DNA of 64,000 bases from Lama guanicoe (GCA_013239625.1 MU053379.1:2586866-2650865); one strand, 5' to 3'. Shown: positions 49,181-63,554, counted from the first letter of the stretch. Numbers and translations are program-made. Notes: generated from the sequence alone by a model not told the origin.

Positions 49181-52100
49181 CTTCTGTCTCCCAGCCCCCT
49201 GTATACGTTCACCGCGGCCGGGCTTCCCCTGCACCCAGATAGAAAGTGGGCAAGTCCTGTGATTTTCCTGGCCAGTATTAGGCTTTCACAGTTGTGTGGG
49301 CCACTCCAAATCACAAAACGTAGTTCCATAAAATGTCCGGTTTCATTCCATGGATCAAATCAAGACTCAATTTTCGTCCAAAGATGAGAGGCCACCCGCG
49401 CCCCCGACTGACGCCCGTGGCCGGGGAAGGGGGCGGGGCCTCCTCGCTCTAACTCACCAGGCCCCCACCTGCTGAGCATTTATTTAGCTTATAGTTTAGG
49501 TCTATTTATTTTTTAAAGCTTGTTCATTTCTTAATTATATTTTGGCTCTATTTCTGGTCCTTCTGGAATTGGGGCCAGAGCAGGGAGGGAGAGTCGGGGA
49601 GCAGGCAGGTCTGCACTGGACCCAGCACAGTGTCGGGGGGTGACTCCTGCTCTGTGGCCCTGCGCCCCCCTCACTGTGGCTGGGGCGCCTTCGGAGATTC
49701 TTGTCACCCGGCCCACCGCCTGCGCTTCCATGCTGTGGGCAGGCACCCTCCAGCTGGGCGGCCTGAGTCTTTCTCGCCCCTTGAGGCGGCCCTGCAGGAA
49801 GAACCTCTGGTAAAAGCTGAGGTCGTCTGTCGGGCAGACTTGGCCCCTTCCCCTCGGGGACCTGGCAGCGGGCCGGCCCATGGAGTCTCAGCATCCTTGG
49901 GTGGGAAACGCACACTGCTGCGCCGAGTCCGCTGACGATGGGAGCTCCCTGCAGGATCCCGGGGGCTCCCAGACACCTTTCTTGTGACTTGAAGTGGAAG
50001 ACGAGCCCCCCCTCCTTCCTCCTAGGGGTGGAGTGGCTTGGGGCCCAGAGTGTCCCAATAGTTCTCATTGAGGAAGTTTCCAGAAAAATCCCTTATGCCC
50101 ATTCTTCCAACCCTTTCATAGCTTCACAGTCAATCAGGGGTTTAAAAGCCACTCAGCCCGTGCTTGCCCACCTGCTTTGCCATTTTCACCGGAGGAGCTC
50201 CTTTGCAATGTAGCATCCGCATCTTCCTGCCTCATGGTCCTGTGTGACATCAGCCTCCCCGAGGCCATGCAGCTGCCCGGCTGAGGCTCTGGGACTGCAG
50301 CCCAAGGACGCCAGATCCCAAGACCCACCACTGTTACTTGTAGCCAATTTCCTTTCAGTGAATTCCTAGAAACGGTTCTGCTAGGTTGAAGGTAAAGCTC
50401 CTGTCTCTAATCGAAAAGCACAATGTTTTAGAATTTGAAAATGAAAGCTGTGGCTCCCGACTTGAAGAAGGTGGCTTCCCCTCGCAGGGTGTTTGCTTTC
50501 ACTCAGCAAACCGTCGTCAGCCCGAGGAACTTGCTTTTATCGTGAGATGTAGATTTTTAAGACAGGTAATCAGGCGTGCAAATGGCCAGTGGTCTTCCAT
50601 TTCCCTGTGTTCCTCCAGCTCGACAGAACCTCTGCTCGGAGCCTCCACTCCTGCTGATGGGAGCAGAAGTCATCTCTGTCAAGCCTGGGTCAACTTGGCC
50701 AGTCAGTGTTTAAACGGAGTCCATTCTGGAATTTCCCTCTTATTTTTGGGGGGCGGTTCTCAAAGCTCTCAGGTGTCACAGCATCGCGGACAGCAGTTGT
50801 CTGGTGCACGGGTCGTGCCTGTCCTCCCAGGCACCCCCTGGGTATCAGGCCTTCAGCTTGTCTTCAGCCATCCCTCCCTTTGGTACCCAGGTTCCCACCC
50901 AGCCCTCACTGCTCACAGCAGAGCATTCCAGCCTCTTCACAGCCTGGATATCTCTTTGGGCCTCCCCTGTCTCTCTGGCCCTTCCTCCCTCTGCACCCTT
51001 CTGGGCTTTGGGGAGCTTCCGACCTGCCTCATCCTCTTTCCTGCCCTGGCCCCACCCTCAGCCGGCGCCACTCTTCCCAGGACAGGTGGCCGGGCGTCCC
51101 CGTGCTCTACAGAGCTGCTGCGGGGTCCTGTTCTCCCTTCCACTTCACGGCCTTACCCGGGGGAAGGAGGGCCCTGTCCTGCATTTCTCTCTCTCTCTCT
51201 CTCCCCCTCCGACTTTCCTCTGCCTCCAGTCTTGCGACCACAGACTCTGCCATCACCATGTGTTCTTCTGACATCTGTTGTTGGAAGCACCAACTCTGGC
51301 TTTTGGGCTCAAATTCAGGCTCCTGTGAGACTCAGAAGCCTCTCAGCCTGCTGTCTGCCTTGAAACGAAAAGGCATGTCTGTCCAACGCCTGGTGTCGCC
51401 TGGCTGCTGCCGGAAGGGTCAGGAGGGGCCGTGGGTCAACAGGGACTTGGCAGGAATGAGCTGCATCTGTTAATATTAACAAGACCCGCCTATAGCGATA
51501 ACAGTAACATGCGCGCAGAGCGCAGATCGAGAAGCCCCTCGTGGGCTGGCCCGCTCCCTCCGGCCCCTGGAGGAATTATAAAAACACAGCTCCGTTCGTT
51601 ACGAAGTGACTTCATGTCAACAGATGCCCGCGTTATAAAGTATCCTAAGTCTAACTATTAGGTCTTTTGTGAAAGCTTCTAGATGTTGTATCTTGTTAGT
51701 AAATTCTAGTTGAAAATGGTAAGATACGATTTCTCGGCGGATGTGAAAGACTAGGAAAAAATCCCCAACAGACCAAGAACCTTGAGAGGTTTTATTCAAA
51801 CTGAGCTCAGATGGATTAAAAGCCTTGCACATTTTAGGAATTTTCATAAAGCTGCCTGGGTTTATCACCATTTACACGCTCACCAAATCTGAAGGGGAAA
51901 CGGCATTTGTGTTCATCAGCGGCAAAGGATTACCTGAGCCCTAGAAGCTGAAGTTCGGGGTGTCTGGAGGCGTGGCCTTCCTGGCCGCCTGGCCCAGGGA
52001 GCTGGTGTGCCCCCCGCTCCCCCCCTCGGGGTGTACCCCCCACCTCCATCACACAAGCAGCCTGAAGCCCTCGGGCCTCACTCCTCAGGCTGCTGCTGTT

Positions 52101-53330
52101 CTCTGGGGCTGAACCCCTTTCAGGAAGAATAAAAACCTTTACCCTGTCCGTTGCGTCAAGACCGTTAAGCTGAGTCAAGATTACTGACGTCAGATCTCCA
52201 TAGTAACTAACCTAATAAGCAAGAAGAAAACAAAAAGGATGCCTTAAACACAGGGGAGAAAACAGACCAAGTGAGGTATGGAAGGAGCATGGGAGCGATA
52301 GAGGGTTCTTGCGGCTGCTTGTGTGAGATGTCAAAGCGGACTCAGCCGCCCCGGGGCCGGGTCCCGCCAGCCCGGCGCGGGCCGTGTGATGGCCGCTTGA
52401 TGACCACCAACTACCGGCCACCCCGTTGCTCCTGCCTTCGGTGCTTCCGTCACGTCCCAGGTTTTGTTTGTTTTCTGTGTGTGTTTTCAGATGTAACTCA
52501 GTGCATTGAAATGATCCCCGTGGTGGTTGTTACAATCCGAGTTTTCATGGCAGTTTATGTATTTACCCCAGAGGAGCCGAGCTTCCGGGAAGCGGTCTCG
52601 GGCAGCTCGTTCTGGTGCCCACAGTGAAGCTCTGCTGGTCGAAAGCTCCCCCCCAGTTTCACCACCAGGCCTCAGGCCTTGGTGTGGTGCCTCCTTGACG
52701 CCGGAAGTGACTGTCAGTTTTTAAAAGTGGCCGGGTATTAGAATTTACCACAAATTACACTTTGTGAGCAGGTCGAGGAGATGGCCTGAGCGCGCATCCC
52801 CTGGAATGACGGACAGCTGACAACTGCATCCATTTGCTGCCGATGGCCTTCCTCCACACACCCCGGGTCTTGGGTCATTCTGTGCTGGTAGGACTGAGGT
52901 TAGAGACAGACACATAGACAGTCAGACACACACCCGGGTGATCTGATTCACCCCGAAGGCAAGAGCACATCCCAGAGGCTGACAGAGTTTGGACGGGGGT
53001 GCTTCAACCTGCCCTGCCCTGGCTCTGTGTCCCTCTGCCGCCTCAGGGGGAGGTGCCGTCTGTCCCCCACCCCACCCCCCACTGTGCGCAGCCCCCTGAG
53101 AGCTGCTTGCCCTGGAGGATGCTGCCCAGGAGCCCTTGGCTCCACTCAGGGCAGCCACGCCGAGACCCGTGTTCCCTTGAGTCCCAAGAGAGACGGGACA
53201 CTAGGGGCCTGGCTTCTCTTTCCCAGCTGGCCTGGCTCGGGGGACCCGCCCCGACAGGAGAGCAGATGGAGGATGCAGCCCAGCAGGCCCAGATTCCAAG
53301 AGCACCTCCAGGCCCTGAGTGACCAAATGC

Positions 53331-53333
<3 letters not shown>

Positions 53334-53361
<28 letters not shown>
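53334..53361 (+). repeat. (TG)14 microsatellite
   Basis: Directly visible. Confidence 0.95.
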
Positions 53362-56300
53362 ATTTCACTATGCGCTCACTTCAGCTACATAGAAGTAAGC
53401 ATGCATAAGACACAAACAGGAAGGAAATATACATAAACAAAGACGATTGTGTCTAGTACTGGTGTTAGAGGGAATTAAAACATTTCTTCTGAATATTGAC
53501 TTTGTAGAATAGAACATAAAGCAGTCTGTAAGTGAACGAGACTATCCAATTAGTTTCATTATATTTCTTTTCAAAATAAAATATGCCAAAAGTCAGAACG
53601 ACCGAGTGAAGTCAGGAAAAGTATGAATAGCTACCATTTGTTCTGTGTTAGACGTGAAAGATGCTGTTCTATGTTCTTTATATGAATTAGTTCATTTAAT
53701 CCCCACAACCACTGGTGGTCTCGAAATTCATCCTGTTGATAAACCACATCATTAGGTTTCAAACTCAAGTCTTCTCAAAAGCTGCCTATGAACCCACGAG
53801 CCTCTCTCTCTTCTTCTCTCTTTCTCTCCCTCCCTCTGACACACACGTGCACACACAGAACAACACACACCATCCGAAAATGGTCCTAGAGAAGTGCTCG
53901 ATTTCCAAGCATGTTTCCCCGTCGTCAACCCCGAGACCACAGCGGGTTGCGACAGCCTGGTCCTGGAGTTCTGTTCCTCACCTGCCTCCCCTACCCAGGG
54001 TCTCCCCAAGAGCCAGGCAGGCCCCTGCCCCGCCACGTCACGTGTCCAGGTGTTCCGTTCTTTGTCCCCAGCTCTGACGCACACCGTGGTTTGGGCTTGT
54101 CTTTCCCAGGGTCACGCCAGCCCCTGCGTGCCCAGGATCCTCTGCTCCAGCTCCTGCCTGGACCACGGGCCTGGGTCTGCTCCACGTGGCTGTTGGGAAG
54201 CTTGGAGGTGGAGAATTAATGTACGTCATTTGTTCCATCGAGACTCGCTGTGTGCTGGCCACGTGGTGGGCCCATCCTTGGCACTGGGGCCGCAGCAGTA
54301 AGAAAGCGGACAAACCCCTGCTGCCTGGTGCCTGTGAGCCAGTGGGAGGCAGACAGTGGAGAGACGGACAAGGACGCTCTGTGCCAGGCGGGGCAAGAAG
54401 GAAGCCCGGGCGGGGATGGAGGGTGTGGCGCAGGGGCAGGAAAGAGCTCCCGGGAGGGTCACTGAAGCCTGATCTGATGGGGCAGGGAGGCACTGTGAGG
54501 GCCGGGAGGAAGGAGCTGGTTTCACTTCTGTCACCCCCCCAGCAATGCAACGTGTCCCTGCGCGGGAGCCCGCCCTCCGTGGGCACAGCCCCAAGGACCC
54601 GGCACTGTTGCTCTGTCTCTTACGTCACGGCTGTTTTAAAAGAAGTTCATGCAAGAAGCCCATCAGGTGCAAAGCGACCTCCACCCCGTGTGTTTTCCAC
54701 AGTTTGCTCAAAGCAGAATTAATGCCACGTGGGACTGTAATTCTCCTTAAAACCATGATTTCTATGTTTTAAGAGGCAGGGGAAACCCGGGGACTAAGAT
54801 GAGAGTTTAGAATTTCATGTATCCAAATGTCTGGAAAAGGTCAGACGTTTTACCTGATGGCAGTGGGCCGCCCACAGATTCCTGGGAGGGCGCTGTAAGA
54901 AAAAAAATGGCAAAGTAACTGCTGTTTTGAAGGCTGTACTTAACAGATGTGTAGAGTATAGAAATCTATGTATTATTAAATAATTCTTTGTAATCTGCTC
55001 AAGAATAAGCAATTTGTCAGCCTGTTTACGTCCTCCCCATCTGGGGACGCTCTGCCACCCATCTGTCTCATGTAATTATGTAATTATCAATACAAGGAGA
55101 GAATAGGTGATACAATTAACAAGAAAAACCGGCCCTGGCCGAAGAGCAGAAATGACATGCATCTGTTGAATTGCTTTTTGTTTCTCTTTCTTCATTGTTA
55201 ACTGTTCTTTTTTTTTCTCCCTCATTTCCCAGTTGCACTCAGACTGTCAGCTTGTATCTCACCCTCAGGAGAGCTGCTTCTGCCTTGCCGCACATGCTGT
55301 CTCTGCCCCTCCGTCTGTCTGTCTCTGTGTCTCTGTGTCTCTTGCTCACGCACAGGCGCACACACACACGCACGCACACACGTGTGGAGGCGGATCGGTT
55401 CATCCGGGCGCCGGCGCCACTTTGGAAGAAAAGGGCAGGGCTTTCTTGATGTTGTGTGTCCCTCCTCTGCTCCGCCCGGGAGCGCTGACAGCCACTTCCA
55501 GCATGGGCACCACCGCAGCTGGAGCCCTGGGAAGGGCTGAAATTACTCAGGACCGATGGAAGGGCAGGGCGTGCGTGCTGAGCCTTCTCAGGATAGTAGG
55601 CAGAGGAACTGCTTGAGTCCAACCCCCCGCCTCGTGCTTTTGTTTGAAGGTCAAGTCTCAAGCAATACCTGTCACGTCGTAACAGGACCACAGTCCCAGT
55701 GGACGGGGTTCACGTCCACATGACCCAGCAGAGCGGTGGCTGGGGTCACTCCCTCGTGCAGTAGGGACCCGTGGGCGTGCGGATGGGCGCCTCCGTGGGC
55801 ACTTAGGACGGCAGTGGGCGGTGGTGGCCACCCACCCGCTGTCTGCCCTGGCCGGGCTCTGAAGTTCTCTAAAGGATGGATGGTCCTCCTTGACAAGCAG
55901 GGAAGCCGCCCTCACAGTGTCATCTTGACAAAACCTGGGATTCCAACCCTCAGGTGCACAGTGGGGCAGCCCCTGGAGTGGTCGGGGTGCCGGTCAGCAC
56001 TGGGGAGGAAGGGGGAAATGCCGGCTCGCCTTTCCACTGACGCAGCGATGGCAGCGGGGCTCGCGCGCGGGCCTCCGGACTGTCCTGCAGACCGTCCCCT
56101 TCCAGAGAGCCCTCCCTGGCCTCCTGTCCAGGGGGTGTGCCTGGAGGGGCGGGGGAGTCGCGGGTCTCTAGTTCCATCATTTCTCGAGGTCTGCCTAAAA
56201 CTATTTTTTTTGAAACACAGTGCTGCACACTAAGCACCGAGCTTCCTCTGTCTCCTCTCGCTGGGTGACCTCTTACGTGTTGAGGTGGTGCTGCTCTGAG

Positions 56301-59169
56301 AATGCCTCCCGGTCGTAGTCTCCCACGGTGGAGCCTGAGTCGGACTTGGTCTGCTGGTCCCCCTCCTCGGGGACGCGTGGGGAAGGGCCCTGGCTCCACG
56401 TCTTCCCTGTTCCGTGGCCAGAAGAAGGCAAATCAGTCCCCGCCTAGTTCCCACCTAGGTTTCTCTTTGTTCCTTCGAATCAAACAGTATTGTTTGATGA
56501 ATCCTGGGTAAAGCCGACAGCCATCCCCCGCTCTGTCTGTGTTTTGAATTGTTGTTTCCACGGATTTTTTTAAAAAGCCGTGGATCCCCATAGCACAAGC
56601 AGAAAGGAGAAAATGGCTGGGCGCCCTGTGGGGAGAGCATTTTAAAGGACTAAGTAAAGGGGACAAATGTGGCTGGGTCCCTCGAGGGATTTGGTCGGTT
56701 TTGACTTTATACTTACTCGTTTCCTTAATTCAAAGTTAAAATGATTTAATTGCAGCCATAACTGACTAATCCATTAAGGGTTTTAAAGGGAAGACTGGCC
56801 CCCTGGAAGCTTTCTTTTGTCATTTCTGGTTTTGAAAAGCTTTTAACAATGCTTCTTTTCATGAAACATTTCAGTTTATATTTTTGAGTATTTTTTTTAG
56901 ACCAAAGAGCCTAGACTGGTAGTTTCTCAAGAGAAAATTATTATGAAAGAGCTATTTGCATGCACGTATCATATTCAACTAAAAAATAAGAATGATAAAA
57001 TCCTTGTATTCTTTCCTGAACCATATTAAAAGTCATTAAAGCTTAGACTAAACGGTTTTCATTTAAGCCTCAAAAGTGGCATTAATTTTTCAAGTGGTAA
57101 CTGTTGCTTAAGATGCTATTGTCCCTGCGTGATAAATGTTTAATGATTTGGTAGAACATGCATGGCTTAAAATCCATTATTTATTGCACCTTCTCTTGCC
57201 TGGCAAAGGTGATGATTTTATAGCCCCAGCAGTCATGCAAACACATTTATACAAACCGACGGCGGATAATAAATTTCCTTACTGTAAATGTCAGTGGGTT
57301 TCATGTGTTGCTGCCATTACATCTTGTTTGGAAGCCGAACGCCACACAGTTATGGGAGCCGCCAGATGGTGTCATTAACACGAGCGCTGGGGCTGTTTGC
57401 CGCTGACGCGCATGTGAGAAATGAAAAGTTCTGGGCTGTCTTTGCACTGGAGCGTGAAGCCAGCCGTGCCCAGGTGTGAGGACCGCGCAGCACGCGCGCC
57501 TCTTCCCTCGTGTTCCACCAAGGGAGATTTTAGTTGTTGCTGTGTTGTTGTTTTCCATATATAGTTTGTGTTTGAATATACAGCAGAGCGAGCCAAGGGG
57601 GACACTCTCCCAAGGACTGCTGCTTGGCCCTGTATGTGGAGTCTCAGACACCCTGCAAGTGACACCTGCCGTCCCAGGGGTGGCTCCCACAGGAGTTCCA
57701 GCCAGCCCCCCTCTTAGGCCCTCCAGGCATGGCCTGGCCTTTTTGCTGATTAGCTGCCGCAGGATTGCCGTTGCCATGCGTGTGCACGCGTGTGCCTGGT
57801 GACTTCAGATGCCGTAGACACTCACTGTCTTACTGTGAGGGAGACGCTTCCGTGGAGAGCGTGGGATTAGTGTTGCCCCGCAGTGCTGCCCCAATCGTCA
57901 GAAACTGATTCAGAGAATGAGGAGAAGGAAAGGCGTGGGCAGTTCCCGCGCCAGTTTCTTCCGTGCAGTTAGCTCCCCTTTTCCCCAAGAATCAGCAGTG
58001 GAGCCAAGACGTTTGCTTTCCCTGATCTGATGCGAGGCATCTGAGTGGCTGGCATCGGCCTCCATGCGTTCCTAAAACCTGTCCCCACCTGTGCTGGGCA
58101 CTGACCGCGCCCACTCGCACTTGCCTTCCTGTAAAGGTTTCTGCTTCACTCTCTTTTCATTTCAGTTTTCAGAGACGCTGAGTCTGTTTATTCCTCCCTG
58201 CCAGTCCTTCCCTCCAACCAAGAGACCTGCCCATGGATTCTGACCAGGTTCCTTGGAACTTTGTTTTGAGCCTTAGAATTCACGCTTCGTCGGAATTTTC
58301 AGAAAGGCTCAGCCTTTCAAAACAGTCATTGTGTTGCTCTCACAAAAGCCGAGCGAACCTTCCGGTGTGCAGAAATTTAAAGTCACGTGAAAGAGAATCC
58401 AGAGATGAAAGAGGAATGCAGGATTGCTTCAGACCAGCTCCGAGACATAATTGGATGTCGGGGGAAATAATGAGCCCGATGGAAAGACTGAGGCATGCGT
58501 GCTGGAAGGCACACCTTAGAAACGAGAGCGCAGTCGTGCGCTCCAGCTGGCTTGCAGGACATGCAAGTGTGCGTGGAAAAGGGTCCAAGAGTGAACATAA
58601 AGAAATGCTGGGGAGACAGCCAGCTTGAAAAGTGGGCTCCGTGGAGCAGCGCTCACTCGGACAGGAGATCTCAGGAAAGTGAGCTCCTCCTGCCCCGGCA
58701 GAGGAACCGAGACCTAAACCAGCCGAACAAACAGCCATGGACCCGACCCGAGCACACAGCCCGTCCCCAGCAGAACAGAAAGCTCCCATCTCACTCCTCA
58801 CCCAGAGGCACCAGAGGTTTTCCTCCCTCCCCACCTGTCCCCTCCATGTCTGCTTCCCTGGGCCCGGGCGGGACCAGTCTGCCTCTGAGGACATCATCTG
58901 AAAATGCATGTGTGGAGACTTATCTGTCCTTCCGTGGGACGTGTCTCCCTTCCAGACGCGCACACCGGCTTTCCCCTCCCATCTGGAGAGTTGTTCTTGC
59001 CCTTGTCCACCGGGGAACATCTTATATTTATTCTAAATCCCACTCCGCTGCCACTCCCTCCATGAAGACCTCCCTGACTTCCCGCCGTCATGAGTCCAGT
59101 GAGTGCTTGTTCTTTTAATCCGCTCGATCCCAGGTTGGTTTGTTACACGGTCACAGCTCCCTGACACAC

Positions 59170-59330
59170 TGCCTTTATCACACACACTGCCTTTTATTTG
59201 TTTACATGTTTGTCTGCTGACCGAAGGAGAATTCCTTAGACAGGAGCCATGCCTGATTCTTACCTCAGCCCCAAGGCTGCTGCTAGGTGCGTGGCAGGTG
59301 CTCAGTATGAATTTGCTGAATTGAAATTTT
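59170..59330 (+). mobile_element. L2 3' terminus
   Basis: gtttacatgtttgtctg..ttccttagacaggagccatgcctg..gcgtggcaggtgctcagtatgaatttgctgaattgaa. Confidence 0.65.
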
Positions 59331-61514
59331 TGAATTAAGCTCTACGTCAAAGTAGATGGGAGAATTTCAGGCACCAGGATTCTGAATAAATTATCCCAGT
59401 GCCCTCAGAATCACTCCATGTATTCAGCTGCCTTCTCCACCAGCAAGTTAGACCGGCCTTGTTGCTAGAATATTGATTTCATACAAACATTGTTTTCCCT
59501 GGTATTGCTTCTCACACTGGGGAAATGACTCTTTGCTACAGAAACTCCTTGTTGTATATTTGTAAGTTGCTTCTATGGGAATGAAGGCAGATTCCAGTCT
59601 ATTGCTGGGATATTAAATGTGAAATATTTTAAAGCCTGTGGCTGATTATCAGCTGTTCTCACACCCCTGGTAAGCCACGGGAACCACCCTTTACGAAATG
59701 GGATGGAAAGAGAAGGATGGATAACCCGAAGTCCTCTCTCTTTAATCCAGTAATGTCCAGACAGATGACACCTCACACATTCCCCATAAACATTTTTTTA
59801 GGAAGTGAACACAACCAACAGCACAACTTTTTCACTTAGCAGAAGTCTCAGGAGAATAAACTTACCTCCGATCGTTTCCTATATTTCTCTGATTCATTAC
59901 CTGTCATTAAGGCATCCAAATTCCGTACTATAAACACACACAAGTGCATGTTGTGTTTAATATGTGGAGGCCCATTTTCACCCTCAGACACCTCGAGGAA
60001 GACGCCGTCATTTCGGACAGGCATTGTTTCGCAGGAAGAATGCCATCCATCGCCTTGGAATTGGAGTGTTTGCGAAACCTCTGAGGCCACGCCTTCCTTT
60101 CATTCCATTCCAGGTGGCTCTTTCATGGGCGTGTGGGAGCTGAGAATGGCTGGGCAGCTGGATGTTAAGTCAATGAATTCTTTCAGGAGACACAGATATC
60201 ATATAGTAGCAACCCGTGCTTTCAGAGCAACGCAGGGCAGATCACTGGTACTGAGAACCATCTCCCTGCGCGGATCTGCTTCCTGCCTGCCTTTCCCCAT
60301 CTGCTCGCCCCAGACTGTGTGGCTGACACTGTCCCGAAAATGATGCGTGGACCCTAACGGACAGGATCCGCTGGGCATGACGTGGGGGCCCAGAGGATGT
60401 TTCTAAACACGTGGCATCACTCCCTCCAGGTGGGGAGGGAGGGCGTGGAGCCAGTTCTGGGTATCCTGGCGCGCGTGCTGGCTGGCTCCACGCTGTGGAT
60501 CTGTGGGACTCCGTGTCTGAAAAGCCAACGGTGCATCTCCCTCACCAACGTTCACGTATCGCATCAAAGCCATCACGTTCCCGATGATCACCTGAGCTAC
60601 TTGTTCCTGCTGTTATTTAATTAAAAACCAGTGAACTTAATCACCTTTATCAAATCTAAGATGTCATTATTATAAGACTGTACCTTTCTGTACCACTAAG
60701 AAAAAAACATGGCCAATTAAACTGTGACACAATGTCTTCATGAGAGCCCTGAACGGAATAGGAATCAATCATGGAAGTCTTACTGCTTTGAAATGTCTCT
60801 CGTCTACTCAGACAGGAGAGCCAGTCTACATCCCCAGCAGCTGCATTGCTTGCCGTGTGATGGGAAAAAAATTTTGCATGTGTCTCAGAACCAGAATGTG
60901 ACACAGCTTCATCTGCTTGTAGGTACCTGTCATCCTTGATTTGTTCCTGTAAGGCACTTGATTGTTGCATTGCAAGAAAATATGGAATTACAGCCATTCC
61001 TCCAATGACTAATATTTGCTTCGCTAATGTCAAATTTGCACCCTGCCGCTCGGTTTCCGGGCCTCTTTGGGAACACAATAAGTGTTCATTTCGATGCCAA
61101 ATCATGCTGTAATCATTTTGAAGGCGTTGTCAGCAGCAGTTAAACTCAACGCATGTTGTCACATAATGCACATGACTTTCCGGAAATGATGACAGTACAC
61201 AGCCATAACCAAGCCACCCGTGCCCAGAAAGGACAACTGTGTCACTGCTGACACCTGACTGATCCCAGCGGCTGAGATGGCATCATGCATGAGGCTGATT
61301 TCAGGGATGCTGATGCAGGAAAAAAATGCATCCTAGAACTGAATGTCGCGGGATGGCAATAACTTGAGCTTTTTAAAACCTTTGCAGAATAATGACAATT
61401 GCCAGGTGGGGATTATGGGTGTAGGAGGGATGGGGGAAATGGAGTTTATAAGAAAAATGCAAGTTAAATGAATTTCCTCATTGAATTATAAAGGCTTAAG
61501 GAATGACAGCAAAG

Positions 61515-62035
61515 ACCAAGCATTGCCTCCAATATCCATTTCTTCCTTTAGCCTTAGTAATGGGATCTCAATTTTATTCAAGGCAGCAATGCACCAACTA
61601 AGAGAATATGCTTCTCAGCCTACCTTGCATCTGACTTGACCGTATGACCCAGCTTTGGCCACTGAGATGGTGATAGAAGTAGTTGGAGGGCCATTTTGAG
61701 AAGGCAGCTTGAAGGGAGCGGCTCACTGGAAAGAAGGCCCTTTTTTTCTTTCCTCCCTTCTACTTCCTGCTGCCTGGAGTGAGGACATGATGGCTGGATT
61801 CCCAGCAGCCATCCTGGGCCATCCATCCTTGAGGATGCAAGCCTTGCACTAGGATGGGGAGCTAGGCAGGTAGAAGTCTGGGTCTTTGATAAGTTTGTGG
61901 CTCTGTCTCCACAGCCCTGGGCCGTGCGTTTCCAGATTTCTTTTGCAGAAGAGAGAAATGATCTTCTGTCCTGTTAAAGCCACTGTTTCCCATTTAAGCT
62001 GCGTTTTCTGTTGTACTCAACCCTACCTGAAACAG
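61515..62035. mobile_element. Old ERVL-class solo LTR (LTR16/LTR33-like)
   Basis: cagcctaccttgcatct..tatgacccagctttggccactgagatg..cttcctgctgcctggagtgaggacatgatggctgga..cagcagccatc..cttctgtcctgttaaagccactg. Confidence 0.6.
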
Positions 62036-63194
62036 GAATCTTCTTTTTTCAGCTGAGATTCAAGCTCCCACTGGTTGCCCGGAATCACGTGAAGAATGAA
62101 AAGGAATTAAAGGCATCATAGTTCTTTAAAGAATCCTTCATGGGTAGTGTTGCTAATAATTTTGCAGAGGCCAAATTCATGCCTCATTCTCTTCCCAGAC
62201 CTTTCCTGAGTGCCCGGAGTGTGCCTGGGGCAGCGGCAGGAGTGCCGCGGTGAGCCCAGCCCAGCCTCGGCCCCACGTTGCACCGTTTTCAGTGTGCCCG
62301 TCCCCATGACAGGAGAGACAGCCTGAAAGGGTCCTGGAGTCATCGTCACTCTTAGCAGGAGACAGAGACAGAACAGTGTGCATTTTCCCCAAGGGCTGGA
62401 GCTGCAGAAACCGTTAGTAACGAGCTCCCCTTTCCCTGACAAAGAGAAAGTTAAGAAAATCCTTCATAAAACGAGGCTTAAAACCGCGGCACTGTCTTGA
62501 CAGCCCCGGCTCTGCTGGGACAGAGGTGACGGACTTCCTATCATGCTTTTGAGTCCTTTTAATGATTTTCGCAGAAAGGCTTTTCAGAGTTGCATGTTGG
62601 ATCTGCGGAAGAGCTTTGCGACTTACCGGTCCTTGTTCACGCGTCCATATCTCCCTACTCTTTACTTATGTGGTAAATATTGCGGTACTTTGCCCCAAAG
62701 AGGTCAACTTATGAACTTTGACCTCTGAAACTGACACTGATATTTATAGCGCTGTCAACTGGTCATTATTTACTTTGGTCAAATTGGGGAACGGGGCCTC
62801 TGAAAAAGAAGAGAGAGAATGGAAAATCATAGGGAGAAAAAATTGCATTTATAAAGCAAAAATAGGCTTATTAAGAATTTCAGAAATCCTTCTCCTAATG
62901 GCGCTGACTCTGTCTGTCTTCCATTTCCTTGCATGGACAGAGCTCCCTTTGAAGTCGTTGGCAGCTTTCTGTAAGGAGAACCGTATCCACGCGGGTGTGG
63001 GGCTGAAAACGGAGTGCCTTGCTTTGCCCTTTTAAAATGTGTTTTTCGAAGATTTGCCTTTCATATTGCAGATGGGTGAGAGGATGTGCAATTTTACCGC
63101 GTGTAACATCTTCGCCTGCAAAGCTCCAAGTATTGGTGGGCGTTTTTTAATGAATAGTTCCCATGTTTGCCTGCTGAGGAAGGCAGAGGTTTGT

Positions 63195-63330
63195 GTAATT
63201 TACTTCCATTTTACACCCGAGGAAACTGATAGTTAAGGAAAAGAGGCTCAGAATTTCAACCAGTAGCAGAATTAAGGAAACAAGCCCAAACCTTGCCACT
63301 AGGCTACTGATGCCCGGTCCAGTGACCCTG
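63195..63330 (-). mobile_element. MIR fragment
   Basis: ttccattttacacccgaggaaactga..cagtagcagaattaggaaacaagccca. Confidence 0.45.
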
Positions 63331-63554
63331 GAGGCTGAACGTGACCCCCAGACGAAATGGTATTGTTAGACAAAGTTCACCACACATGTTACGTCCCATT
63401 TCAGTGTGAATTGGGTTTACTGTGTGGGATCATTTGTATCTATGTGGACTGCTTTCTAGTTCAATGGACTGTTTATAATTTTAGAAACTTCTGATTTGAG
63501 ATCTGTTGTTGAAATTGAGTTTCATAATGCTTTTGTTGTCATTCCAACTCATTT

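Noticed and set aside
50386..51473. Long overlapping ORFs (325 aa and 255 aa) as a nested gene
   Set aside because: Non-ATG starts, low-complexity S/P/L-rich translation, no recognisable domain, and ORFs in several frames; expected in GC-rich, stop-poor intron.
58340..59118. 226-aa and 207-aa ORFs on opposite strands, or the next CFAP61 exon
   Set aside because: No similarity to the expected next peptide (recalled as YALNHTNRKLTLEPK) or to any known protein; no convincing splice sites.
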